A stretch of 64,000 nucleotides of DNA from Ignavibacteriales bacterium (GCA_035379625.1 DAOSVM010000004.1:6706-70705), one strand, 5' to 3'; positions 10,246-21,215 are shown, counted from the first letter of the stretch. Notes: generated by a model from the letters alone, not told the origin. A program made the numbers and translations.

Positions 10246-11363
10246 TGAGAAAGCTTGGAATAACATTGTTTTTTATGATTTTGATTTTGATGCTATTTGG
10301 TTCGATAATGGTTTTAACTGCTAGTTCGACTTATGCTCAAACAAAGTTTAATAATTCGTATTTCTATTTTTATAGTCATATACAAAAAGTATTAATTGCA
10401 TTTGTAGCTCTTGTTCTTTTTTCAGCTATTGATTATGAATATTACAAATATTATAGCAAATTAATGCTTTTTGGTGGTGTTGTATTACTGATAGCCACTT
10501 TAATTTTTGCTCCAAGTGTTAAAGGGGCTGAAAGATGGATTAATATAGGTGGCTTAAGATTACAGCCAACAGAGATTGTAAAAATTGTACTTTTTATTCA
10601 TCTAGCTAATATGGTTGATAAAAAAGGGGATTTAATTACAGATTTTAAGAATGGTTATGTTTATACTTTGGTTTGGATTTTATTAGTTGCAGCTTTAATT
10701 GTTTTACAGCCTAATTTAAGTAATGCTACTATAATTATTTTTGTTTCCCTTATTGTTCTTTATAATGCTGGAGCTCGATTAAAACATGTTTTATCAACGC
10801 TGCTCACTTTAGGAATACTTGGTTTTTCTATAATGCTTATTATGCCGCATTCACGTGCTAGAATTTTAGCTTATATAACTGGTATAAGTGAAAAAAAAGC
10901 AGGAAATATTCAGTTATATCAAGCATTAGTAGGTATAGGAAGTGGCGGCATAACTGGTTTAGGTTTAGGAAATAGCAGACAAAATAATCTATTTTTACCT
11001 GAACCTTTTGGTGATTTTATATTTGCGATTATTGGTGAAGAATTAGGATTTATTGGTGGGGTTATTTTGGTATTATATTATTTTGCAATATTTTTTGTAA
11101 TGATTTTAATTGCAAAAAAAACTGAAGATAAATTTGGTAGACTTATTGTTTTATCGTTTGCGTTTTTGCTGATAATGAGTGCTTATGTTAATATTTCAGT
11201 TGCTATTGGTATTGTTCCAACTACAGGTATCCCTTTACCATTTGTTAGTTATGGTGGAACTTCTATGATCTTTTTGTCAATAGCTATTGGAATTGTAATT
11301 AATATTGCTTTTTCTAATGAAAGAAAGTTTTCACAAAAAATATTAGTAAATCTTGAGAATTAA
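10245..11363 (+). CDS. ftsW: SEDS peptidoglycan polymerase FtsW
   Basis: GAERWI, LQPTE, DFIFAIIGEELG, GIPLPFVSYGGTS. Confidence 0.95.
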   Translation: MRKLGITLFFMILILMLFGSIMVLTASSTYAQTKFNNSYFYFYSHIQKVLIAFVALVLFSAIDYEYYKYYSKLMLFGGVVLLIATLIFAPSVKGAERWINIGGLRLQPTEIVKIVLFIHLANMVDKKGDLITDFKNGYVYTLVWILLVAALIVLQPNLSNATIIIFVSLIVLYNAGARLKHVLSTLLTLGILGFSIMLIMPHSRARILAYITGISEKKAGNIQLYQALVGIGSGGITGLGLGNSRQNNLFLPEPFGDFIFAIIGEELGFIGGVILVLYYFAIFFVMILIAKKTEDKFGRLIVLSFAFLLIMSAYVNISVAIGIVPTTGIPLPFVSYGGTSMIFLSIAIGIVINIAFSNERKFSQKILVNLEN

Positions 11364-12458
11364 ATGGAAAAACACATTAAAATATTATTTGCTGGTGGGG
11401 GAACAGGTGGGCATCTGTATCCAGCAATTTCAGTTGCTGAAGAATTACAAAATTTGTATGAGCACTGTGAAATAGCATTTATTGGTTCTAAAGATAAAAT
11501 TGAGGGTAGAGTTGTACCTCAATTAGGATATCAATTTTATCCAATTTGGATTTCAGGATTTCAAAGAAAATTAACAATAAAAAATCTTTTGTTTCCTGTT
11601 AAATTGATTGCTTCTATGGTTAAATCTTTGATTATTTGTATGAAATTTAAACCAGATATTGCAATTGGTTCAGGCGGATATGTATCAGGACCTGCTATTT
11701 GGGCAGCAAAAGTTATGGGAGCAAAAATTGTTTTGTTGGAACAAAATGCATATCCCGGTATAACAACAAGACTTCTTGAAAAATATGCTGATGAAATTCA
11801 CATAACTTTTGAAGAAGCAAAAAACTATTTAAGAAATAAAGAAAAAGTATTTGTAAGTGGTAATCCTGTAAGAAATTCCTTAAAACTAATTGACAAATCA
11901 GAAGCGTTAAAGAAATTTGATCTCAAAGATAAATTTACAGTATTAGTTGTTGGAGGAAGTTTAGGTTCTAAAACATTAAATGAAGGAATACTTGAAAATC
12001 TTCAAAAACTAAAAGCAATGGATATTCAAGTGATTTGGCAAACTGGTAAGTATTATTATGATATTTACAAAAGTTATAATGATGAAAATATCAAGGTTAT
12101 GGATTTTATAAACGATATGCAAGCTGCGTATTCTAGTGCGGATATTGTAATTTCAAGAGCTGGTGCTAGTGCTATTTGTGAAATCGCTAATTTAGGTTTG
12201 CCAACAATACTTGTTCCTTCACCAAATGTCACAGCTAATCATCAATACCATAATGCAAAAGCATTAGCTGATAAAAATGCTGCTATTTTGATTGAAGATA
12301 ATGAATTCTCAAATAAAATTATTGAAGTAATATCAAATTTAAAAGATAATAAAAAACAATTAGAGTTATTGTCAAATAATATTAAGCAATTTGGCAAACC
12401 TGAAGCTACTAATATAATTGCTAAATCTATATTAAAAATTTTAAATATTATAATTTAA
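11364..12458 (+). CDS. murG: Lipid II GlcNAc transferase
   Basis: GGGTGGHLYP, EQNAYPG, GNPVR, GGSLG, SRAGA, HQYHNA. Confidence 0.97.
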   Translation: MEKHIKILFAGGGTGGHLYPAISVAEELQNLYEHCEIAFIGSKDKIEGRVVPQLGYQFYPIWISGFQRKLTIKNLLFPVKLIASMVKSLIICMKFKPDIAIGSGGYVSGPAIWAAKVMGAKIVLLEQNAYPGITTRLLEKYADEIHITFEEAKNYLRNKEKVFVSGNPVRNSLKLIDKSEALKKFDLKDKFTVLVVGGSLGSKTLNEGILENLQKLKAMDIQVIWQTGKYYYDIYKSYNDENIKVMDFINDMQAAYSSADIVISRAGASAICEIANLGLPTILVPSPNVTANHQYHNAKALADKNAAILIEDNEFSNKIIEVISNLKDNKKQLELLSNNIKQFGKPEATNIIAKSILKILNIII

Positions 12459-12507
12459 AAGGGCATTTTTTTAAAAATAAGCAATAATCGTGCCAAGGAG
12501 AAAAATA

Positions 12508-13893
12508 ATGTTTGGAAAAATTAAAAAAATATACTTTGTCGGAATTGGTGGAATTGGAATGAGTAGTATTGCAGAAGTATTGATAAGTCAAGGATTTATT
12601 GTATCAGGTTCTGATAGAGCTGAGTCCGAAATTACTAAACGTTTGAGAGATTTAGGAGCTGAAATTTTTATAGGCCATAAAGCAGAAAATATTCAAGATA
12701 TTGACGTGTTAGTTTATTCATCTGCTGTTCCTATGGACAATCCAGAAATCCAAGCTGCTTTAGAAAAGAAAATTCCTGTCATTAAGCGTGCAGAGATGCT
12801 TGCTGAATTGATGAGATTGAAAATTGGTATTGGAATAGCAGGGACACACGGAAAAACTACTACAACTTCGATGGTTGGCCTAACTTTAACAGAAGGTGGG
12901 ATTGATCCAACAATTATAGTTGGTGGAAAATTAAGTGGGCTCGGTGGAACTAATGCAAGATTAGGTAAAAGTCAATATATTGTTGTTGAAGCTGATGAAT
13001 TCGATAGAACTTTCTTAAAACTTACACCTGTAATTGCAGCATTAACGACCTTGGAAACAGAACATTTAGATACTTATAAAGATTTAGAAGATATAAAAGG
13101 AGCTTTTATCGAATTTGCAAACAAAGTTCCATTTTATGGGTTTTGTGTTGTTTGTTTAGATGAACCAGCTTTACAAGATATTATCCCGTATATTAATAAA
13201 AAAATTATTACATATGGATTATCATCTCAAGCTGATGTTAGAGCTTATGATATTAGATATGCAAATAATTCTACTACATATAAAGTTAAATATTTTGGTG
13301 AAGCTCTTGGGGAAATAAATTTGAATATACCGGGTGAACATAATGTTAAGAATTCACTTGTTTCTGTAATTATTGGAATGGAAATGGGAATTGATTTTAA
13401 TACAATAAAAAAAGCATTGAGTAAATTTGCTGGTGTTTATAGAAGATTTGAAATTAAATATAATAAAGAAGTTATGGTTGTTGATGATTATGCTCATCAT
13501 CCAACTGAAGTTAAAGCCACTTTAAACGGTATAAGAACAGGTTGGGATAGAAGATTGATAGCGGTTTTCCAACCACATCTTTACACCAGAACAAGAGATT
13601 TTTATGCAGAATTTGCTAGGGAATTTCTAAATTCTGATATTCTCATCTGTACAGATGTTTATCCAGCAAGAGAAGAACCAATTGAAGGAGTTAGCGGTAA
13701 ACTTATAGCCGATACTTGTAAAAAATATGGACATAAAAATGTTTTGTACGAAGCTGATAAAACAAAAATACCAGATTTATTAAATTCAATTAAAAAAGAT
13801 GGTGATATTATTATCACTATGGGAGCCGGTGATATTTGGAAATATGGTGAAAAATTTATCGAGTTATTAAAAGCCAATGAAAGTGCAAACTAA
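12508..13893 (+). CDS. murC: UDP-MurNAc-L-alanine ligase
   Basis: GIGGIGMS, AGTHGKTTT, EADEFD, DDYAHHPTE. ATG 12508 follows an AGGAG RBS. Confidence 0.97.
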   Translation: MFGKIKKIYFVGIGGIGMSSIAEVLISQGFIVSGSDRAESEITKRLRDLGAEIFIGHKAENIQDIDVLVYSSAVPMDNPEIQAALEKKIPVIKRAEMLAELMRLKIGIGIAGTHGKTTTTSMVGLTLTEGGIDPTIIVGGKLSGLGGTNARLGKSQYIVVEADEFDRTFLKLTPVIAALTTLETEHLDTYKDLEDIKGAFIEFANKVPFYGFCVVCLDEPALQDIIPYINKKIITYGLSSQADVRAYDIRYANNSTTYKVKYFGEALGEINLNIPGEHNVKNSLVSVIIGMEMGIDFNTIKKALSKFAGVYRRFEIKYNKEVMVVDDYAHHPTEVKATLNGIRTGWDRRLIAVFQPHLYTRTRDFYAEFAREFLNSDILICTDVYPAREEPIEGVSGKLIADTCKKYGHKNVLYEADKTKIPDLLNSIKKDGDIIITMGAGDIWKYGEKFIELLKANESAN

Positions 13894-14638
13894 AATATTT
13901 GGTGTTTTATTCTTTTTTTTGTTAGTTCTAGGAACATTTTATTTGTTAATGATTTCCAAAGAAGTTGTTAAAGAAAACAAAATTAAAGTTATTCAAATTA
14001 TCGGATGTGATCTTTTAAGTAAAGAAAGTTATTTAAAATTTGCAAAAATTTCAAATGAAGAAGAATTAGGAAAAATCAATTCAATTATTGTAAAAGATAG
14101 GTTGATTAAACATCCTTATATTAAATCTGTTGAAGTAACTTTTGTCGATAAAAACATTTTGAACGTTAAAATTAAAGAAAAAAATATAAAATTTCTTTTA
14201 AGTGGTGATACTTTGCTAAAAGCTATTACTGATAATTTTGAAATTATTCCATTCTTAAAAGAAACTAAAAATAATAACTGGATTGTGGTTAATAATTTAC
14301 AAGAAGCTAATACAAAGCCTTTTAATACAAATAAATCTGAAAGAATTGTTAATATATTTAAGATGATTGATATCATGAAAAACATTGAGCCAGAAGCAGT
14401 AACTCAAATAAAAAATATAAATTTTTATGATAAAAATATTGTTGATGTACAAATCAGAAATAATGATTTAGTTTTTTATGAACAAGATATGTTAAAAGTT
14501 TCATATTTAATTTCTAAAATTTATTCATCGAAAATAAAAGCTAAATCTAATTCATTATTTGATTTTAAGTTTAATGGAAATATATATGTGAAAACAAATA
14601 CTGATACTGTAAAATATACAAAAGGAATAAAAATATGA
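13877..14638 (+). CDS. ftsQ: Cell division protein FtsQ/DivIB-like (divergent)
   Basis: N-terminal TM, POTRA-like segment (HPYIKSVEV...VKIKEK), position between murC and ftsA. Confidence 0.75.
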   Translation: MKVQTKIFGVLFFFLLVLGTFYLLMISKEVVKENKIKVIQIIGCDLLSKESYLKFAKISNEEELGKINSIIVKDRLIKHPYIKSVEVTFVDKNILNVKIKEKNIKFLLSGDTLLKAITDNFEIIPFLKETKNNNWIVVNNLQEANTKPFNTNKSERIVNIFKMIDIMKNIEPEAVTQIKNINFYDKNIVDVQIRNNDLVFYEQDMLKVSYLISKIYSSKIKAKSNSLFDFKFNGNIYVKTNTDTVKYTKGIKI

Positions 14639-15978
14639 AAAGAGAAATAGTAGCTGGAATTGACTTAGGGACGACAAAAATCTGTGCTATTATTGGGGAA
14701 ATTGCCGCTGACAATAAAATTGATATTCTTGGTTTTGGTAAAGCTGATAGTAAAGGGATAACTCGCGGCATGGTAAATAATATTTTACAAACAGCAGATT
14801 CAATAAAAGAAGCCGTTGAAATTGCTTCAAATAGAGCTGGGATTAATGTAACCTCATTTAATGTAGGTGTTGCTGGTGACCATATTAAAAATTTGAAATA
14901 TAAAAATTATGTTACCATTGCAAATAAAGAAGCTGGTATAACTGAGGATGATTTGATAAGATTAGATAACGATATAAGAAGTATTAAAAAGGAACCAGAT
15001 AAAAAAATACTGCATATTATTCCTGAAGAATATATTGTAGATGATGTTTATAGAAGTATTGATAACCCTATTGGTATGCAAGGGAGTAAATTAGAGGCAA
15101 TAAATAATATAATAACTGCTGAAACTAGATATCTTGATAATATTCAAAGAGCAATTGAGAAAGCTGGTTACTCAATTAATAACTTTGTTTTACAGCCATT
15201 GGCTTCTGCTAATTCAGTTTTAGAAGAAAGTGAAAAAGAAGTTGGTGTGATGTTAATTGATATTGGTGGTGGAACAACTGATATTGCAATTTTTGAGAAT
15301 AAAAAATTAAAATATTCCAAAGTCTATGGAATTGGTGGAAATATGGTTACAAATGATATCCGAGAAACTTTAAATCTGATTCAAGGCGTAGCTGAAGAGC
15401 TAAAGGTAAAATATGGATTTGCTACTTTATCTGCAGTATTGAAGAATGAAGAAATAACAATTCCGGGAATTGGAGCGAAAAAGAATATGGTAGTTTCTGT
15501 TGCTACACTTACAGAGATTATTTATTATAGAATGAGAGAATTATTTTACTTTATCAATAAAGATGTTGAAGCTTTAGGTCTGAAAAAAATTATTAAAGGT
15601 GGTATTGTTTTAACTGGTGGTGGATCTTTACTAAAAGGATTAACTGAACTATCAGATGAAGTATTTGGAATTCCTGCTAGAATTGGTATTCCTTTAAATT
15701 TGGGTGAGGGATTATCTAGAGAAATCGAAACACCTGAATTTGCAACAGTTACTGGCTTGATAAGACCAATTGAAGGGTTATCATCTCATAATCCAATAGT
15801 TCTCACCATAGAAAAAAAGATGTCACAACAAGCAAAAGTACAGCCTTCACCAACAGTATTAAATATTGAAGAAGAAAAAGTGGTGGAAGAAAAAGTAGAA
15901 GAAAAAATTGAAACAAAACCAAAAGAAAAAAAAGAATCGATTTTTACAAAAATTAAGAATTTTTTTGATCAATTATAA
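14635..15978 (+). CDS. ftsA: Cell division protein FtsA
   Basis: GIDLGTTKI, IDIGGGTTD, VLTGGGS, amphipathic C-terminal IFTKIKNFFDQL. Confidence 0.97.
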   Translation: MKREIVAGIDLGTTKICAIIGEIAADNKIDILGFGKADSKGITRGMVNNILQTADSIKEAVEIASNRAGINVTSFNVGVAGDHIKNLKYKNYVTIANKEAGITEDDLIRLDNDIRSIKKEPDKKILHIIPEEYIVDDVYRSIDNPIGMQGSKLEAINNIITAETRYLDNIQRAIEKAGYSINNFVLQPLASANSVLEESEKEVGVMLIDIGGGTTDIAIFENKKLKYSKVYGIGGNMVTNDIRETLNLIQGVAEELKVKYGFATLSAVLKNEEITIPGIGAKKNMVVSVATLTEIIYYRMRELFYFINKDVEALGLKKIIKGGIVLTGGGSLLKGLTELSDEVFGIPARIGIPLNLGEGLSREIETPEFATVTGLIRPIEGLSSHNPIVLTIEKKMSQQAKVQPSPTVLNIEEEKVVEEKVEEKIETKPKEKKESIFTKIKNFFDQL

Positions 15979-15999
15979 GAACACAACAGGGAGGATAAA

Positions 16000-17325
16000 A
16001 TGTTACCAGAAAATTTGAACTTTTTTCTTGAAGAAAATCCAAGAGAAAACGCAGTTATAAAAGTTGTAGGTGTTGGTGGTGGCGGTTGCAATGCCGTGAA
16101 AAATATGATTGAGTTAGGTATTAAAGGTGTAGATATAATAGCTGTAAATACCGATATTGTTGCGTTGAATTCAAATCCAGCTAGTATAAAAATACAAATT
16201 GGTAAACAATTAACAAAAGGATTGGGGGCCGGTGCTAATCCTGAAATTGGCAGAAAATCAGCTGAAGAAAATAAAGATGAAATAGCTGAAGCATTAAAAG
16301 ATGCCGATATGGTTTTTGTTACAGCAGGTATGGGAGGTGGAACAGGGACCGGTGCTGCTCCAGTAGTTGCTTCTATTGCTAAAAGTTTAGGTGCTCTAGT
16401 TGTTGGTATTGTTACTAAACCATTTGTTTGGGAAGGCCCTGCTCGTATGCGCAACGCAGAGGCTGGTATTTCTGAATTGAGGCAACACGTTGATAGTTTG
16501 ATTGTGATTCCAAATCAAAGAATTTCTGCAGTTGCTGATAAGAAAATAAAACTAAAAGATGCATTTAATAAACCAAATGAAATATTATATCTTGCTACTG
16601 TTGGCATAACTTCAATTATTACAGAAGAAGGTGTTGTGAATGTAGATTTTGCTGATGTTAAAAGAGTTATGTATCAAAGTGGTAATGCGCTTATTGGCGT
16701 TGGTACTGCATCAGGTGAGAATAGGGCTACTTTGGCCGCTCAACAAGCAATTTCTTCGCCATTGCTTGAGGGTGTAAGTATTAAAGGGGCAAGAAATGTT
16801 TTATTAAATGTGACTTGTGGTGAGGATTTTAGTTTTGATGAATTAGAAGAAGGTAACGAAGTAGTTCGTCAGGCTGCTGGAGAGGGTGTTGATATTATTT
16901 TTGGTTATGTTATTAATGAAAATATGGGAGATAAAGTTTCATATACTTTAATAGCAACTGGCTTCGATAAAAAAGAAGGTTCTCTATCTACTCCTAAAAC
17001 AACAGTTTATACTCATAAACCTAAATTAGAAAAAGAACAAGAAGACCTTTTTGTAAATAAAGAACAAAATAATTTTAATAGTAATAAAGTTGCTGAACCA
17101 GTTTTTAGTGTTAATTCACCTAAAATTACACCTATTCCAAAAATGAACGATGATCTATTAAATACTAATGATAATATGGAAGATATTTCGATTCCTACTT
17201 ATCAAAGAATTAAACAACAAAAACCTGTTGCCAATACTAATTTTAGTATAAGTAATAAAACTGTTGATTTAAATACAACATCTGATCTAGATGACTCTTC
17301 ATTTTTAAGAGCTATTTTAGATTAG
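16000..17325 (+). CDS. ftsZ: Cell division protein FtsZ
   Basis: VGVGGGGCNA, GMGGGTGTG tubulin signature, NVDFADV; GGGAGGA RBS. Confidence 0.98.
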   Translation: MLPENLNFFLEENPRENAVIKVVGVGGGGCNAVKNMIELGIKGVDIIAVNTDIVALNSNPASIKIQIGKQLTKGLGAGANPEIGRKSAEENKDEIAEALKDADMVFVTAGMGGGTGTGAAPVVASIAKSLGALVVGIVTKPFVWEGPARMRNAEAGISELRQHVDSLIVIPNQRISAVADKKIKLKDAFNKPNEILYLATVGITSIITEEGVVNVDFADVKRVMYQSGNALIGVGTASGENRATLAAQQAISSPLLEGVSIKGARNVLLNVTCGEDFSFDELEEGNEVVRQAAGEGVDIIFGYVINENMGDKVSYTLIATGFDKKEGSLSTPKTTVYTHKPKLEKEQEDLFVNKEQNNFNSNKVAEPVFSVNSPKITPIPKMNDDLLNTNDNMEDISIPTYQRIKQQKPVANTNFSISNKTVDLNTTSDLDDSSFLRAILD

Positions 17326-17332
17326 TTAAAAG

Positions 17333-17362
17333 AATAGGGGCTTTCCCTGTTGGGCCCCTATT
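17333..17362. terminator. Hairpin between convergent ftsZ and phosphomutase genes
   Basis: AATAGGGGC...GCCCCTATT 9-bp stem. Confidence 0.7.
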
Positions 17363-17367
17363 TCCTA

Positions 17368-18774
17368 TTAAAAATATTTCAAGTAATATTTTAAAGTTTC
17401 TTCAACTTCATTTATATTTTTACCTTCGGTATAAATTCTTACCAATGGTTCTGTTTCACTACAACGAATTAATACCCATTGCGTAGGTGTATCAAAAATA
17501 TATTTTACTCCATTAATAACACCTCTACTATTTGTAAAGGTTTGTTTTTGGGATATTTTGTTATTTATGATACTATCTTCATCAGAAATTAACCTTGCTA
17601 AATTATCAATTGCATTTCCATTAAAATGATGGTCGATGCGCTTATAATAGATTTCTCCAAATTCTTTTCTTTTGTAATTGACAAAATCGGATAGTTTTTC
17701 AAAGCCACTTTCTAATAACATTTGTATGAATAATAATCCCGAAAAAATTCCATCTCTTTCAGGTATGTGAATTTTAAATCCATAACCACCACTTTCTTCA
17801 CAACCTATTGCAGTATTATCGTTTACAAATTCTTCACAAATATACTTAAAGCCAACAGGAACTCGTCTGATAATTCTTTTACTTGCAAAGTGTTCTTCAA
17901 TTTTACCTGTAACAGAAGAAGTTATAACAATATTACCAGTAATTTTTTTTGTATTTATAATATAATCTACAAGATATAATATTTGTTCCTGGGCGCTTAG
18001 CCATTCTCCATTTTCTAACATAACACCTAACCTATCGGCATCTCCATCGGTAGCTAAACCTAAGGCGTAACTTCCTTTTTTTAATTCTGATGACAAAGGT
18101 TGAAGATTGGTTTCAATTGGTTCTGGTAATCTATTATTAAAATTATTTTTTGGCTCAGATGCAATTGTATTTACGATGATTTTGGTATCCTTTAGTAAAT
18201 CCATTAAATATTCTTGTCCAGCACCATTCATTGAATCAACTAGAACTCTTAATCCTTTTGTACTAAAAATATTGAAATCTAAGATTTTTAAGATATGTTC
18301 TTTATAAATTGGGTATAAGTCAATTATTTCGTAATTTTTTTTATAATTTAAAGTGATATTTTCAGAAATTAAATTTTCAACTTTTTTTGTTTCTTCGGTA
18401 AAAAATGGACCACCGTAATAGTTTTTAAATTTTACACCATTATATGTTGGTGGATTGTGGCTTGCAGTAATCATAACACCAGCACTTAATTTTAAAACTT
18501 TAATTGCTGTTGATACAAATGGAGTTGGTACTATTCTCGAAGATAAAAAAGTTTTAATATTGTATGTTGATAAAACAGAGGCAAAAATTTCTGCGAAAAT
18601 ATCAGATTTTAAGCGACTATCATAACCTACAACCACTTTAATTTCATCTTGATTATTTTTATATTCATTCAGTAGATATTTTGCAAAAGCTTCAGCAACT
18701 TGCTTAACAGTAGTTTCATTGATATCTTCATCAATTATGGCTCTCCAGCCATCTGTCCCGAATATTAGACTCAT
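17368..18774 (-). CDS. Phosphoglucomutase/phosphomannomutase family protein
   Basis: FGTDGWR, TASHNP (phosphoserine), DGDADR (metal loop), GCEESGG, RCSETEPLVRIY. Confidence 0.93.
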   Translation of the reverse strand: MSLIFGTDGWRAIIDEDINETTVKQVAEAFAKYLLNEYKNNQDEIKVVVGYDSRLKSDIFAEIFASVLSTYNIKTFLSSRIVPTPFVSTAIKVLKLSAGVMITASHNPPTYNGVKFKNYYGGPFFTEETKKVENLISENITLNYKKNYEIIDLYPIYKEHILKILDFNIFSTKGLRVLVDSMNGAGQEYLMDLLKDTKIIVNTIASEPKNNFNNRLPEPIETNLQPLSSELKKGSYALGLATDGDADRLGVMLENGEWLSAQEQILYLVDYIINTKKITGNIVITSSVTGKIEEHFASKRIIRRVPVGFKYICEEFVNDNTAIGCEESGGYGFKIHIPERDGIFSGLLFIQMLLESGFEKLSDFVNYKRKEFGEIYYKRIDHHFNGNAIDNLARLISDEDSIINNKISQKQTFTNSRGVINGVKYIFDTPTQWVLIRCSETEPLVRIYTEGKNINEVEETLKYYLKYF

Positions 18775-18793
18775 TAAATCCCCCGATTATTTT

Positions 18794-19912
18794 TTATAAA
18801 ATTATAAAACTGAACAACAATGTTAATAAGAACGAATATTTAATATATTCAGCAACATCATTATATTGATTTTTTAATTTATTCCAATAATATGCCAATA
18901 CTATCATAAGTAATATTAAAACCAATGATAATAACATTGTTTGAGTTAAACATAAACTGTTAGGAAAATAATCAATTAAACTTTTGCCATTAAAAAATTT
19001 TCTATACATAATTTGTAAGTGAAACCAATATACAAATAATGATTCTCTACTAACATTTATAAAAAATGAATTACTCAAATCTACTCTTTCTGTCAAATAA
19101 TAGGAAAGACTAAAAAGTGTCAATAAATAGCCTAATCTTAATAATGTGAATAATGGACTCGATTTTAAGCCAGTGTCAAAACTAACTTTATCATATAAAT
19201 ATAAAGCATGTGGAATGAAAACTAAAATAAGCCCTACATATAAAGTAATTTTTAAAAAATTATCTAATTGTTCATCTTTATATTTTGTATAAAGATAACC
19301 TAAAATGTAGCCAGAAAATATAAAAGCAAACCACGGAAAAATTGGGAAAAGAGCTTTATATTTATTGTTGAATATTGTTGCAATTGATAAGTGGAAAAAT
19401 TGATTAAAATCTATTTTCCATACTATTGGAGTTAATAGAATGAAAGAAATAAACAATATTGAAACAGCAATAATATTTGAAAAATTATTTTTTAATAAAG
19501 TTCTAAAAAATAATAAAACAATTAGTCCTAATCCAATGCATTGCAAAACATCAAATTTAAAGAAAGATATTAGATTATCATAGCTGGAGCGATAAATTAC
19601 ATCTTCCAACGAATAAAATGGTAAATGAAGTGAATAACCAGCAACTATAAGGAAAAACATTCGTTTTAATTGGTTATTGAATTCTTTATTAAAAAAATGT
19701 AATTCAGGTAAACGTCTTAATGATGAGATGTAAAAAGCAAAGCCTGAAGTAAAAATAAAAGTAGGTGCAACCAAACCATTTATAAAATTAATAAAAATAG
19801 CCGATGATTTAATTGATTGAAATACCGTTTCATTAAAGATATGTACCTCAATCATTACAATCATGGCTAAACCTTTTAAAAAATCAACATTAATTAATCT
19901 TTTTTTATGCAT
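18794..19912 (-). CDS. Membrane acyltransferase-like protein (DUF1624/HGSNAT-like)
   Basis: VDFLKGLAMIVMIEVH, APTFIFTSG, FDVLQCIG, FPIFPW; multiple TM segments. Confidence 0.7.
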   Translation of the reverse strand: MHKKRLINVDFLKGLAMIVMIEVHIFNETVFQSIKSSAIFINFINGLVAPTFIFTSGFAFYISSLRRLPELHFFNKEFNNQLKRMFFLIVAGYSLHLPFYSLEDVIYRSSYDNLISFFKFDVLQCIGLGLIVLLFFRTLLKNNFSNIIAVSILFISFILLTPIVWKIDFNQFFHLSIATIFNNKYKALFPIFPWFAFIFSGYILGYLYTKYKDEQLDNFLKITLYVGLILVFIPHALYLYDKVSFDTGLKSSPLFTLLRLGYLLTLFSLSYYLTERVDLSNSFFINVSRESLFVYWFHLQIMYRKFFNGKSLIDYFPNSLCLTQTMLLSLVLILLMIVLAYYWNKLKNQYNDVAEYIKYSFLLTLLFSFIIL

Positions 19913-20021
19913 AAAAAAACTTAAATTTTTTACAAAATTAAAAAAAATTGAGATTTAATAAAAAAATAATTATATTGTAAAAAAAGATATAAAAATCTTA
20001 AATTAAACTTTGGGGGTAACA

Positions 20022-20417
20022 ATGGCACAATATCAATGGTCTGATTCGTATTCTGTAAAAGATGTAAAAGTTGATGCACAACATAAAAGATTGTTTGAAA
20101 TGTTGGGTGAATAGCAAGATGCAATGAGAAATGGCTCAGGAAAAACAGAACTAGGTAAAATGCTTGATTTCCTTGCAGATTATACAGTTACGCATTTTAA
20201 AGATGAAGAAGAAGTGATGAAAAAATTGAATATGCCTGATTTAGCACATCATATTAAAGAACACGAGGATTTTGTAAATTTTGTTGTTGAAACAATTAAA
20301 AAATTCAAGTCTGAAGGAGCTAATCTTGCGATGCTCATTACAGTACATCAACAATTAGGAGATTGGTTAGTAAATCACATCTTAAAATTAGATAAAGAAA
20401 TTGCCAAATACAAATAA
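20022..20417 (+). pseudogene. Bacteriohemerythrin 1 with in-frame TAG at codon 31 (20112-20114)
   Basis: ATG 20022 after a GGGGGT RBS gives MAQYQWSDSYSVKDVKVDAQHKRLFEMLGE*QDAMRNG..., in frame with ORF 20124-20417. Di-iron motifs QH, HFKDEE, HIKEH and HILKLD are all present. Confidence 0.85.
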
Positions 20418-20431
20418 TAAAGGAGGCTATT

Positions 20432-20830
20432 ATGGCCGTATTTCAATGGAATCAAACACTATCTGTTGGGAATCAAAAAATTGACCAACAACATCAGCAA
20501 TTGTTTGAAGCTCTTGCAAAGTTACAAGATGCAATGAAGGCTGGTAAAGGGAAAGAGGAAGTTATGAGTACATTAAGGTTTCTTTCTAATTATGTAGATA
20601 AACATTTTGCTGATGAAGAAGAATTGATGAAAAAACATAATTATCCAGATTTTGAAAATCATAAAAAAATCCATGAAAATTTTAAGGCAAAAGTAAAAGA
20701 ATATATTAATAAATATAATGCTTCTGGCGCAGATTTGTCTGCTATTGTTACAGTACAACAAGAAGTTGGAGACTGGTTGATAAAGCATATTGGTTATGAA
20801 GATAAAAAATATGCACCTTATATTAAATAA
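20432..20830 (+). CDS. Bacteriohemerythrin 2
   Basis: W...SVGNQKIDQQH, HFADEE, HKKIH, WLIKHIGYED; AGGAGG RBS. Confidence 0.95.
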   Translation: MAVFQWNQTLSVGNQKIDQQHQQLFEALAKLQDAMKAGKGKEEVMSTLRFLSNYVDKHFADEEELMKKHNYPDFENHKKIHENFKAKVKEYINKYNASGADLSAIVTVQQEVGDWLIKHIGYEDKKYAPYIK

Positions 20831-20839
20831 AAATAAAAT

Positions 20840-20864
20840 AGCTGCTTTAATAGCAGCTTTTTTT
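20840..20864 (+). terminator. Intrinsic terminator after the hemerythrins
   Basis: AGCTGCT-ttaat-AGCAGCT followed by a T-run. Confidence 0.75.
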
Positions 20865-20990
20865 GTGATTATTATAAATGTTTTGCGATAAAATTATTTT
20901 ACTCAATTACTATAAGAGTATATAATTTAAATCTATCCATTATTATAATTTAGTTTATTAAAAAATAGCTGTATTAATTTTGAGATTATT

Positions 20991-21064
20991 GCGGGCCTTC
21001 GGCCCGCTGCCCCTTGCAGCTTTCCACAAGCTGCAAGGGGCTTAAGCTTATACAGTCCGAGCTA
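20991..21064 (+). repeat. Solo right end of the GC-rich double-hairpin repeat family (copy A)
   Basis: GCGGGCC-ttc-GGCCCGC, then GCCCCTTGCAGCTT-tccac-AAGCTGCAAGGGGC, then TTAAGCTTATACAGTCCGAGCTA; homologous to 29625-29699. Confidence 0.9.
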
Positions 21065-21215
21065 TATAATTTCTAATTTTTTCTAATCCTTATGAGTTAT
21101 TACCTATCTTCTTTCAAAGTATGAGCTCTAATATTAACTAAAAATTAAATTTTTAAATTATTGTAAAAATATTATATTTAAATTTACATTTTTATAAACT
21201 CATAGGAGTAGGAAA

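Noticed and set aside
13877..13893. No murB or ddl between murC and ftsQ
   Set aside because: A murC-ftsQ-ftsA-ftsZ order without these genes is common in Bacteroidota-related dcw clusters.
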